Shown here: piece after piece, positions 18,148 to 26,443 of the stretch
How positions within the stretch are numbered: the first letter of the stretch is position 1
Layout: every line of letters begins with the position of its first letter
Assembly: GCA_051870215.1 (NCBI GenBank)
Contig: JBJEBQ010000020.1
Coordinates: 1,449 to 65,448, forward strand
Direction: 5' to 3'
Source: Candidatus Cryptobacteroides sp.
GTDB lineage: Bacteria; Bacteroidota; Bacteroidia; Bacteroidales; UBA932
Length of the DNA: 64,000 nt
Position numbers and translations under genes: made by a program
The notes under the pieces: model-generated
Database searches by the model: none
What the model saw: only the letters and a program-made list of their open reading frames with translations
What the model was told of the DNA's origin: nothing

Positions 18148-19401
18148 ATGCGAACTATGAAAACTCAGAATTCGAACTACAAATGGGTGGTGCTGCTATT
18201 GGTATCGATAGCATATTTCCTTGCCCAGGGAACGAGGCTCATCTATTCAGCCGTACTTCCCCAGATCAGGCTTGACTTCGCCGGCTCCGGAGTTACGGAC
18301 GCCCAATTGGGCCTTGTCAGCGGTGCATTCACCCTTATATTCGGCTTGGCCATGCCTTTCGCCGGACTCGCCGCGGATCTGTTCAGGCGCAAATGGGTAC
18401 TTGTCCTCGGTACAGGCGTTTTCGCAATGGGAATCATCGCGACAGGCTTTGCCGACGGCATTGTCACCATGTTCATTTTTTATGGAGTCATCAATGCCAT
18501 AGGACAGAGTCTCATGCCTCCATGCAATTCCTCCCTCATCAGTCATTACCACACGGACACGAGAGGCACGGCGTTCGCAATCTATCAGACAGCAATATAC
18601 GCCGGCATCATCATCTGTTCGGTGTCAAGCGGATACATCGCCGGACTCGGAGAAGGCAAGTGGCGCTATGCATTCTGGATTTTCGGTGCAATCGCATTCC
18701 TCTGGGCAATGGCAATCGCTTTCGCACTCAAGGACAAACCCCGGAAGCAGGACTCGAAACCGGGCATGGAATCTGTCAAAAAAGCATTCAAGGCCTTTGT
18801 TTCCAAGCCGTCGGCACTCATTATGATGCTCGCGCTCGGCTGCTATTTCTTTGCCACATACGGATTCAAGACCTGGTCGCCTATATTTCTGCTGCGTGCC
18901 TTCCCGGATCTTCCCCCTGCCACAGCCGTGTTCCATGCAGTGTTCTGGTTCAATATAGGGGCATTTGCCGGCGTCAACATTGCAGGCCGTACCTCAGACA
19001 AACTGAAGGCCAGACGCGAAAAAATACGCTTTGAAATAGAACTTACCGGCATGGCACTCTGCATACCGTTCATTCTGCTCATGGCATTTGCCCAGAATTT
19101 GGCTGTAATGATAACGGCCATCGCACTTTTCGGTTTTGCGACGGGAATCTATGATTCAAATCTGTATGCAGCCCTTTTCGATGTCATCGATCCTGAATAT
19201 CATGCCGTGGCGACAGGCATTTTCGGAGGAGGCGGATGCGTCATCGGAGCCCTCGGCCCCATTGTGATGGGACTGCTGAACGATGTGTTTACTCCGAGAA
19301 TATCAATGGCTTCCCTCGCGGCTTTCGCAGTCATCGGCATAGGGGCCATCTGCACCGTATTATATGTAACTTATCAAAAAGACAAAATATGTTCAATCTG
19401 A
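18148..19401 (+). CDS. MFS transporter (anion:cation symporter-like, probable sugar-acid importer)
   Basis: 12-TM profile with LFRRKWVLVLG-type loop motifs. The first ATG is at 18148 (MRTMKTQNS); the track start at 18100 is a TTG. Confidence 0.85.
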   Translation: MRTMKTQNSNYKWVVLLLVSIAYFLAQGTRLIYSAVLPQIRLDFAGSGVTDAQLGLVSGAFTLIFGLAMPFAGLAADLFRRKWVLVLGTGVFAMGIIATGFADGIVTMFIFYGVINAIGQSLMPPCNSSLISHYHTDTRGTAFAIYQTAIYAGIIICSVSSGYIAGLGEGKWRYAFWIFGAIAFLWAMAIAFALKDKPRKQDSKPGMESVKKAFKAFVSKPSALIMMLALGCYFFATYGFKTWSPIFLLRAFPDLPPATAVFHAVFWFNIGAFAGVNIAGRTSDKLKARREKIRFEIELTGMALCIPFILLMAFAQNLAVMITAIALFGFATGIYDSNLYAALFDVIDPEYHAVATGIFGGGGCVIGALGPIVMGLLNDVFTPRISMASLAAFAVIGIGAICTVLYVTYQKDKICSI

Positions 19402-20159
19402 AAGGTAAAACAGCTCTGATAACCGGTAGCGGTCAGGGCATAGGCAGCGCCTGCGCTTTGCTTATGGCAAGACAGGGGGCGAGGGTGATAATCAACTGGC
19501 GGTCAAACGATGCGGCAGCCTCGGAAACCGTCGGAAAGCTCAAAGAAATGGGCGCAGATTTCCTGATATGGAAACACGACCTCTCCGCAGCGGATGTCAA
19601 GACCTCTTTCGAGGCTTTCATGCAGGAGCACAGACTCAGCGTGGACATTCTCGTGCTTAACGCATCCACACAGGTCCGCAACAGTTGGGAAGAAATCACC
19701 GCCGAAGAATTCGACATGCAGATGCACACCAACCTGAGGGCTTCCCTCATGCTTATACAGGCCTGCGTGCCGGGAATGAGAATCAAGCACTGGGGACGCA
19801 TACTCACGGTTGGTAGCGTGCAGCAGTACAGGCCGAATACTGCGATGGCGGTTTATGCCGCGAGCAAGGCAGCCCAGAGAAATCTGGTGATGACCTTGTG
19901 CGCAAGTCTGGCGGCTGACGGCATCACCATCAACAATGTCGCTCCGGGAGTGGTCGGCACAGTACGCAATGCCAAGGCACTTTCCGACCCGGACTACTGC
20001 AAGATGATAGAAAATTCCATACCTGCGGGCTTTATAGCAAGCAAGGAGGATATAGCTCCCATAATGATGGTGCTCTGCTCTGAGGAAGGCCGTTATATCA
20101 CGGGAGCGGATATACCCGTGGATGGAGGAATGTCAATCCCTGTAACTAAAGGAAAATGA
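19389..20159 (+). CDS. SDR-family oxidoreductase
   Basis: Start at MFNLKGKTALITGSGQGIGSA (TGxxxGxG), YAASKAA (YxxxK) and PGVV. The longer track ORF (19236) overlaps the MFS gene and is Arg/His-rich. Confidence 0.9.
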   Translation: MFNLKGKTALITGSGQGIGSACALLMARQGARVIINWRSNDAAASETVGKLKEMGADFLIWKHDLSAADVKTSFEAFMQEHRLSVDILVLNASTQVRNSWEEITAEEFDMQMHTNLRASLMLIQACVPGMRIKHWGRILTVGSVQQYRPNTAMAVYAASKAAQRNLVMTLCASLAADGITINNVAPGVVGTVRNAKALSDPDYCKMIENSIPAGFIASKEDIAPIMMVLCSEEGRYITGADIPVDGGMSIPVTKGK

Positions 20160-20905
20160 ATATGAGTGTAGATCAGTACAAAAAAGAGGTCGGCATGATG
20201 AACCTGGAAAAGCTCATCAGGACAAGGGAGGAAATCAGTACAAAAGAGTTTCCGATACCGGAAAAAGAACTGCTCAGAAGGTTTGAAAACCTATATCTCG
20301 GTGCGGTGAATGATGTTCTGCGTGAATTCTGCCTGCTTCACCAGGCACTTCCGAACAGAATCAGGCCTCTGCGCGAATACCACACCGTCGCAGGTATCGC
20401 ATTTACTGTAAAAAGCGCCCCGAACTGCAAGATTACTGGAGAAATGGAATTCCGCACACAGATGCTGGACAGTCTTGGAGAAGACCATTTTGTCGTATGG
20501 GACACCAGCCGCGACCAGGAAGCGACTCTCTGGGGCGGAGTGATGACTTCTACGGCAAAAGGCAAGAAAGTCAAGGCCGCGTGCATTGACGGAGGAATAC
20601 GCGACACCCATCAGATTTTGGCGGCGGATTTTCCCGTTTTCTATGAATACCGCATTTCCAACGGCTCACTCGGCCGCTGTCTCATAACCCACTATCAGAT
20701 TCCTATCCGTATAGGGGACGTGGATATCAAGCCCGGCGACATTGTGTTGGGCGATATAGACGGAGTGCTGGTTGTGCCGCGTGATATTGCCTACGACGTG
20801 CTTGTCCGTGCCGAGGAAATCAAGGAGAACGAGAAAAAAATCTTCTCCTGGGTACACGAGGGCCAGACCATACAGGAAATCAAGGACAAAGGCGGTTATT
20901 TTTAG
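20156..20905 (+). CDS. RraA-family protein (RraA/HMG-CHA aldolase-like)
   Basis: GGVMTSTAKGKKVKAACIDGGIRD and GDIVLGDIDGVLVVP are RraA-fold signatures. Its ATG overlaps the SDR stop (ATGA). Confidence 0.8.
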   Translation: MNMSVDQYKKEVGMMNLEKLIRTREEISTKEFPIPEKELLRRFENLYLGAVNDVLREFCLLHQALPNRIRPLREYHTVAGIAFTVKSAPNCKITGEMEFRTQMLDSLGEDHFVVWDTSRDQEATLWGGVMTSTAKGKKVKAACIDGGIRDTHQILAADFPVFYEYRISNGSLGRCLITHYQIPIRIGDVDIKPGDIVLGDIDGVLVVPRDIAYDVLVRAEEIKENEKKIFSWVHEGQTIQEIKDKGGYF

Positions 20906-20927
20906 CATACTGACGGACGAAGGCTCT

Positions 20928-21872
20928 ATGAAACTGCTCACAGGCATATACGATTCCCACTGGGGACATTGCTGGTTCGCGAAGGCTTCCGGCGGCTGTT
21001 TCTATGCAGTCCGAAGCCTGGCGGAAGGGTCATCGCTGTGCCTGATGAAAGCTCCCGGGCAGGAAAAAACAGCAGGCACACAGTACGATTGTGAACTGCT
21101 CTGCGAACTCCCGTTGCCCGGCTTGCACCCCTGCCATATCACAGTCCTGGCTTCGCAGCTTGTGATAAGCGATTACAGTTCCGGCAGCATGACTCTCGTC
21201 GGGACGGCGGCAGACGGAGCTCCTATAAAAGTTTCCGAAGTGATGAAGTTCGGGGGACATGGGCCTGATCCCCAAAGGCAGTCCGGCCCGCACATCCACT
21301 CAAGCTGGATTTCCCCTGACGGAAAGGAGCTTGTCGTGTGCGATTTGGGCTGCGACAAAATCTACCGCTTCGGTATCATAAACGGGAAAACGGACACAGC
21401 CTCGCGCGAGGATTTCCTTCTGCCCGCCGGCTGCGGTCCGCGGCATTGCGCCTTCCATCCGGACGGCAGAAAACTATATGTAGCCACGGAGCTGAGCGAT
21501 GAACTTTTAGTGTATGATTATCCGTCCATGGAACTGCTGCAGAGACTCACGGTGAATGATTCCAGGCCCGGAGGCGGAGGACATATTCTGTTCAGTAAGG
21601 GGAAACTCTACATCTCTTCCAGAGGCGGGAACGACGGAATAGCCATATTCCGGACAGATGGAAAAGGGCTCGCAACGGCTGAGACCTATCTTCATTGCGG
21701 CTCCCATCCGCGCCACTTCTGCATCAACGCTTCCGGAGACCGTCTCGCCGTAGCCTGCCGCGACGATGACAAAATTGAAATATACGACATAGAACCATCC
21801 GCTTCAATGCCGGCTGAAATCTCGGAAATATCTGTACGGAAGCCGGTGTTCGTGGAATTTGAAAATGAATGA
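20928..21872 (+). CDS. 7-bladed beta-propeller lactonase
   Basis: GPHIHSSWISPDGKELVVCDLGCDKIY and GPRHCAFHPDGRKLYVATELSDELLVY repeats. I take the start at MKLLTGIY (ATG 20928); the track extension overlaps the RraA gene. Confidence 0.75.
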   Translation: MKLLTGIYDSHWGHCWFAKASGGCFYAVRSLAEGSSLCLMKAPGQEKTAGTQYDCELLCELPLPGLHPCHITVLASQLVISDYSSGSMTLVGTAADGAPIKVSEVMKFGGHGPDPQRQSGPHIHSSWISPDGKELVVCDLGCDKIYRFGIINGKTDTASREDFLLPAGCGPRHCAFHPDGRKLYVATELSDELLVYDYPSMELLQRLTVNDSRPGGGGHILFSKGKLYISSRGGNDGIAIFRTDGKGLATAETYLHCGSHPRHFCINASGDRLAVACRDDDKIEIYDIEPSASMPAEISEISVRKPVFVEFENE

Positions 21873-21873
21873 A

Positions 21874-21909
21874 ATGAAACCGAACATGAAAATCTTTGAT
21901 AGTATGAAA
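21874..21909 (+). repeat. Start-proximal multi-ATGAAA cassette, reference copy
   Basis: ATGAAACCGAACATGAAAATCTTTGATAGTATGAAA. It begins 1 nt after the lactonase stop codon (21870-21872). Confidence 0.85.
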
Positions 21910-23244
21910 CGGAAAATCGACCCCTCAAATCTGAAAATCACAGACATGAGGTTTGCAGACATCACCGATGCCCCGAAAAGGTGCACTCTGCTCAAACTAT
22001 ACACCAACCAGGGCATTATAGGTTACGGAGAAGTGCGTGACGCCTCATCCAAGACCTACGCCCTCATGCTCAAGAGCCGTCTTTTGGGAGAGAATCCCTG
22101 CAATATCGACAGGCTCTTCCGCAAAATCAAACAGTTCGGAGGCCCTTCCCGTCAAGGAGGCGGAGTGAGCGGAGTGGAGATTGCTCTCTGGGATATAGTG
22201 GGCAAGGTATATGAAATACCGCTTTACCAGTTGCTCGGCGGCAAGTTCAGAGACAGAATCAGAATCTACTGCGACACCGATGCCGACGGCAAGGACCATG
22301 ACGGGCACGCAATGGGCCTGGCCTTGAAAAAGCGTATGGAAATGGGCTTCACCTTCCTGAAAATGGACTTGGGCATTGGCCTGCTCATGGATGTGCCGGG
22401 TGCGCTCAATGCCCCTTTGGGATTCATCGATGACATGAAGGCAAACGCCCCGCACATACTGAATGTGCAGAGCGGCTCCGTAACGGCTGAAATGATGAAG
22501 AAAATCAAAAGCTACGACATAGTCACCACAGCCCACCCGTTCACAGGCATACATCTCACCGAAAAAGGTCTGGACATACTTGAGCAGTATGTGAAAGATG
22601 TCAGGGAGGTCATAGGCTATGAAGTACCGCTCGCCATAGACCATTTCGGGCACGTATGTGTCGAAGACTGTATCCGTTTCGGACGCAGGATGGAGAAATA
22701 CAATATAGCATGGATGGAAGATATGGTGCCGTGGATATATACGGACCAGTATATACGTCTCGCCCAGTCCCAGAATGTGCCTGTATGCACGGGTGAGGAC
22801 ATATATCTGAAAGAGAATTTCGAAGCCCTGATCAAGAATCACGGAGTCTCCGTAATCCATCCGGACATACTCACCTGCGGCGGTGCGCTTGAGTTGAAGA
22901 AAATTGCGGATATGGCTGACGAACACGGGGTTGCAGTGGCAATCCACATGGCTGAAAGCCCTATAGCCGCCATGGCTGCGGTGCATGTTGCGGCTGCCAT
23001 GCACAACGTTCTCGCCATGGAGCTGCACTCTGTGGATGTGCCGTGGTGGAAGGACATCGTGAAAGGTCTGCCGGAAAATCTCGTGGAAAACGGCTTCATC
23101 AGAGTGCCGGAAGGTCCGGGATTGGGAATCACGGAATTGAACGAAGAATTGATTGCCGAACACATAAATCCTGACATCCCCGGTATATGGGAACCCACGG
23201 ACCAGTGGAATACTGAATTTTCGAACGATCGTACCTGGAGTTAA
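21874..23244 (+). CDS. Enolase-superfamily sugar-acid dehydratase (ManD/RspA/galactonate dehydratase-like)
   Basis: IALWDIVGKVYEIPLYQLLGG, AIDHFGH, IAWMEDMVPW and a C-terminal RTWS tail resemble the RspA/ManD subgroup. The start is ambiguous: in-frame ATGs at 21865, 21874, 21886 and 21904, with the last three inside the cassette. Confidence 0.85.
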   Translation: MKPNMKIFDSMKRKIDPSNLKITDMRFADITDAPKRCTLLKLYTNQGIIGYGEVRDASSKTYALMLKSRLLGENPCNIDRLFRKIKQFGGPSRQGGGVSGVEIALWDIVGKVYEIPLYQLLGGKFRDRIRIYCDTDADGKDHDGHAMGLALKKRMEMGFTFLKMDLGIGLLMDVPGALNAPLGFIDDMKANAPHILNVQSGSVTAEMMKKIKSYDIVTTAHPFTGIHLTEKGLDILEQYVKDVREVIGYEVPLAIDHFGHVCVEDCIRFGRRMEKYNIAWMEDMVPWIYTDQYIRLAQSQNVPVCTGEDIYLKENFEALIKNHGVSVIHPDILTCGGALELKKIADMADEHGVAVAIHMAESPIAAMAAVHVAAAMHNVLAMELHSVDVPWWKDIVKGLPENLVENGFIRVPEGPGLGITELNEELIAEHINPDIPGIWEPTDQWNTEFSNDRTWS

Positions 23245-23255
23245 TACATTGAATC

Positions 23256-23933
23256 ATGCAAGCATTTAGCGAAATTATGACCAAGCCTGTTACCCCAAAA
23301 AATATATTGATAGTGGATGATGGCACCGAACTGTCCGCTGCATTGAAGTGCGAACTGTCCAAATGTTTTGAAATTCATACGGTGGACAGCGGCAACGAAG
23401 CCATTGTCGTATTGGAAAACAATGCCGTGGATGCGATTGTATGCAATGCCGACGACGGGCTTGAGCTATGCAGAAAGGTGAAAAACAGCAGGTCTCACAG
23501 CCACATTCCGTTCATTCTCTACCCATCCGGGGGGGTCAGCAGCAGGGAGAACGTAAGGGACAAGGTCCAGACAAACTCCGAAAAGCAGGACAGGGAGTTC
23601 ATAGAGAAAATTGACTCGCTGATTGAAGCCCAGATCAGCAATGAATCATTCTCAATAGACACCATAGCACGCCAGATGTGCATGTCCAAATCCAATTTCT
23701 ACAGGAAATTCCACTCGATCAGCGGAACGTCCCCGAATGAATATCTCAAAAACTACAGGCTCGAAAAAGCCGCACAGATGATTCAGGACGGCACGAGGAT
23801 CAATGAGGCGGCCATGGCCATGGGGTACAGTTCAGCCTCCTACTTCGCGAAATGTTTCCTCGCAAAATTCGGAGTGCTTCCGAAAGACTATCTTGAATCA
23901 CTAAGGAACAGCGAAGAACTGCTCTGCAGTTAA
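23256..23933 (+). CDS. Degenerate receiver domain fused to AraC-type HTH
   Basis: ILIVDDGTEL start of a CheY-like fold. Asn replaces Asp at the expected phospho-acceptor (DAIVCNADDG), and there is no conserved T/K region. The C-terminal AraC HTH includes SKSNFYRKFHSISGTSPNEYLKNYRLEKA and GYSSASYFAKCF. Confidence 0.8.
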   Translation: MQAFSEIMTKPVTPKNILIVDDGTELSAALKCELSKCFEIHTVDSGNEAIVVLENNAVDAIVCNADDGLELCRKVKNSRSHSHIPFILYPSGGVSSRENVRDKVQTNSEKQDREFIEKIDSLIEAQISNESFSIDTIARQMCMSKSNFYRKFHSISGTSPNEYLKNYRLEKAAQMIQDGTRINEAAMAMGYSSASYFAKCFLAKFGVLPKDYLESLRNSEELLCS

Positions 23934-23957
23934 GTAATCTTCAAAAAATAACCTGCC

Positions 23958-24953
23958 TCACTTTGCATAAAATTTTTGAGGTCTCACGCAAAAAGCCGAA
24001 CTGTTGTAGTAATGGGAGCCGAGTCCTATACCCAGGCTCCAGAGATAGAAGTCGCTTGCTCCATTGCGGGAGTTTCTGCCTATGGTGGCGCACCAGTAGT
24101 AGCCAAATTCACCGACCTTGTCCGGAACCGCAGGCTGCACGTCGTACCAGCGGGCCCCGGCCTTGACAAAAGAATGGCTGCCGGAAGCCTTGATCAGGGA
24201 TATATCGCAGTAATTGGGCACATGGTAACCGGGAGGACAAGGATCGTACATGGTCTTGGTCTGTACGCTGAGTCTGACCGTCCTGCTGTCTTGCCTCGCG
24301 GAACCTTTGCACCACAAAGCCTCGTTTATGTCGACAATACGCCCGTCACGGGAGACAAAAGTCTGAGGATGCGAACTGAGAAATCCTGTCGTGACCTTTC
24401 CACAATATATAGCCTTCTCAAGTGCTCCTGTCTGGGGAAAAGGATCTTTCCTGCCCCACTGGTAGAAAAGTCCGTTACGTCCGTTCTCCTGCAGATCTGT
24501 GCCGTCCGCGCCCAAATTGCGGTCAAGAAATTCAAAATCTGCCATCCAGCAGTCCTTCGCATCAGTCATCCATATATGCCAGGACCAGATACAACTGCCA
24601 TCAGAACATTCCTTGTCAGAATATATTGCTATCACGGCATTGCCCGTAAGGACTTCGGCCCTGGTCTTGAAAAATATCCTGCCTTTAGAGAAACGCACGG
24701 ACGAAGCATCTATGATTTCCGCATCCTGCCAGAGCAGTTTCACGGACTTTATCTGAGATGCAGGAATGACGGTCGGCTCTCCGTACGGAGCGATGCCGTT
24801 GCCTTTCACAAGAGCATTGAAACTGTAGGACCGTTTTCCTGACGAAACCATATAGCAGTTTGCCGTCTCCATATTGGACAAATCCAGAGCTTCGGCATTG
24901 GCCGCCAAAGAAACAAGAGCAGCGACGGCAACAAATAATATTCTCTTTGTCAT
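23958..24953 (-). CDS. Secreted hypothetical protein with FISUMP/DUF1566-like C-terminal signature
   Basis: Signal peptide, then WHIWMTD, LFYQWGRKDPFP, DPCPPGYHVP and FCVRPQ. These resemble the CPxGWxxP-type paralogous domain in the 43180-44535 protein. The family assignment is tentative. Confidence 0.65.
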   Translation of the reverse strand: MTKRILFVAVAALVSLAANAEALDLSNMETANCYMVSSGKRSYSFNALVKGNGIAPYGEPTVIPASQIKSVKLLWQDAEIIDASSVRFSKGRIFFKTRAEVLTGNAVIAIYSDKECSDGSCIWSWHIWMTDAKDCWMADFEFLDRNLGADGTDLQENGRNGLFYQWGRKDPFPQTGALEKAIYCGKVTTGFLSSHPQTFVSRDGRIVDINEALWCKGSARQDSRTVRLSVQTKTMYDPCPPGYHVPNYCDISLIKASGSHSFVKAGARWYDVQPAVPDKVGEFGYYWCATIGRNSRNGASDFYLWSLGIGLGSHYYNSSAFCVRPQKFYAK

Positions 24954-24954
24954 A

Positions 24955-26202
24955 CTAATCGACTTTATTCCCGTTCATATCCACCCAGTCCTCACCGTTG
25001 AATATCACCGTTTTGCCCAAATCAGTGTCGTAGTAGGTCTGGACATAATTGGGAGCATAACTCAGGCGTTCCGCAGTCGTGCCTCCGAGGGCATGGGCCG
25101 AGTTGCGTGTTGTGAAACGGTGTCCGCTGCCTTTTTCCCAGAACTGTACGTCCACAGCGTTTTCCTTGCTCAGAGGCTTGGTATTGGCTGCAAATGTGAT
25201 GTTTCCGCACCATGTTCCCGGAATCACCTCGCGTGCGGGCAACACCGGTTTTAATGTGCCGTTCTGTGTCTCACGCAGCTCCATGGTGTGGGAAATGAAA
25301 TCCACGCATTGGCGGCCGGCGTTGTTGGGGTCACGCGCCTCTCCGCATTGGTTGAAAAGCGGCAGAGCGCAGCAGAGTTCTTCACTGCAGTTGATGAGGG
25401 TGATGGGATGCTCCCAGACGCCCCACTCCGCCCGCTCGTAGTTTCCGAAGGTGTAGCCGTAATAACTCAGATAGGCGAGCAGCCCGATGCAGACTGTGTG
25501 CTCTCCGCCCATCTGGAATGCCTCATAGAAGCCTCTTGCAAGTACATCTTTCCAGAACTGGCCTATGCCGTTGGTGTTCACATTCTGTCCGCGTATTCCG
25601 ACAGACCCCTCAACAGGGATTACTCCTGCACCTGCCCCTTTTGCCTCCAACACCAAGTTCTCCACTATCGCTCCGAAACAGCGGAAGAGATTGAGACAGA
25701 TGACTTTATGCCTTGTATCCGGAAGGGTAATGCTGAACGCTTTGAGTTTCGCATCATTGGCATTCCTGGAGATATTGTCGGAAAAGAGTATTACACAGAC
25801 CTGTTCGTCGTGGTCAAGCCCGTCGTAAGCCTGCTGGCGTACGCAGAACTCGACCGTCAAGCCTTTTCTTGCACGCAGTTCCCCGTTGCCGCCGAATACG
25901 AGACTTGCAATCTCAGGAATCTTGATGGCAGCCTTGTGGGTTGCGTCAGGGTGCCTGTGGAAGCCGTCTATATTATACACTCCGTCATACAACAGCACTT
26001 TCACGGCTTCCATCGAAACCCCGTCAAACTGATCCAGGACTTTCTGGATGGTCAGTTCGTCGTGCGTGCCGCTGCACACCACATCGGCTGCAGCCTTTTC
26101 CTCTTCGAGGGAATTGTATGCAGCTATCCTGACCGTGCGGGCGGATACTCCAAGGCAGCACAGCAGGACAAGAAAAAACACAACAGTGCGATAAATTCTC
26201 AT
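24955..26202 (-). CDS. Secreted hypothetical protein (possible beta-helix / tailspike-like)
   Basis: Signal peptide. The C-terminus YYDTDLGKTVIFNGEDWVDMNGNKV resembles tails seen on pectate-lyase-fold or tail-fibre-like proteins (from memory). The first ATG is at 26202. It sits 1 nt from the downstream gene. Confidence 0.65.
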   Translation of the reverse strand: MRIYRTVVFFLVLLCCLGVSARTVRIAAYNSLEEEKAAADVVCSGTHDELTIQKVLDQFDGVSMEAVKVLLYDGVYNIDGFHRHPDATHKAAIKIPEIASLVFGGNGELRARKGLTVEFCVRQQAYDGLDHDEQVCVILFSDNISRNANDAKLKAFSITLPDTRHKVICLNLFRCFGAIVENLVLEAKGAGAGVIPVEGSVGIRGQNVNTNGIGQFWKDVLARGFYEAFQMGGEHTVCIGLLAYLSYYGYTFGNYERAEWGVWEHPITLINCSEELCCALPLFNQCGEARDPNNAGRQCVDFISHTMELRETQNGTLKPVLPAREVIPGTWCGNITFAANTKPLSKENAVDVQFWEKGSGHRFTTRNSAHALGGTTAERLSYAPNYVQTYYDTDLGKTVIFNGEDWVDMNGNKVD

Positions 26203-26222
26203 AAACAATCAAATTTTATGGA

Positions 26223-26403
26223 CTTGTCATCTCGACCAAGCGTAGCGCGTGGAGAGATCTTGGTCATTTACGCGATGTTCCCAAGATTTCTCCATTCCGC
26301 TTCGCTCCAGTCGAAATGACAACGAGCCGAGAGCAGAGTCAAGCTTGCTTGAACTTTGCCGAGACGAGGCAGTCATTGTAAAACCACAGGTTTTAAAATG
26401 ACA
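26223..26403 (+). repeat. Intergenic repeat element (REP/MITE-like), copy A
   Basis: 26282-26403 aligns with 57681-57800 at high identity. 26223-26262 is an inverted copy of the first 40 nt. The terminal hairpin is GTCATTGTAAAACC/GGTTTTAAAATGAC (26372-26402). Confidence 0.85.
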
Positions 26404-26443
26404 GATTATTCAAATCTGCCGCATCATCGCAAAGATAGCAACT

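Noticed and set aside
19236-20927. Long 5' extensions of the SDR (19236) and lactonase (20772) ORFs
   Set aside because: Both extensions overlap the preceding genes and are Arg/His/Ser-rich. Internal ATGs at 19389 and 20928 give canonical N-termini (TGxxxGxG Rossmann start; short spacer after the RraA gene).
22045-23163. 372-aa minus-strand ORF
   Set aside because: It is antisense to the enolase-superfamily dehydratase. Its His/Arg/Val-rich translation is typical of a shadow frame.
25288-26319. 343-aa plus-strand ORF
   Set aside because: It is antisense to the secreted protein gene 24955-26202 and runs into the repeat element. It has no signal peptide or motifs.
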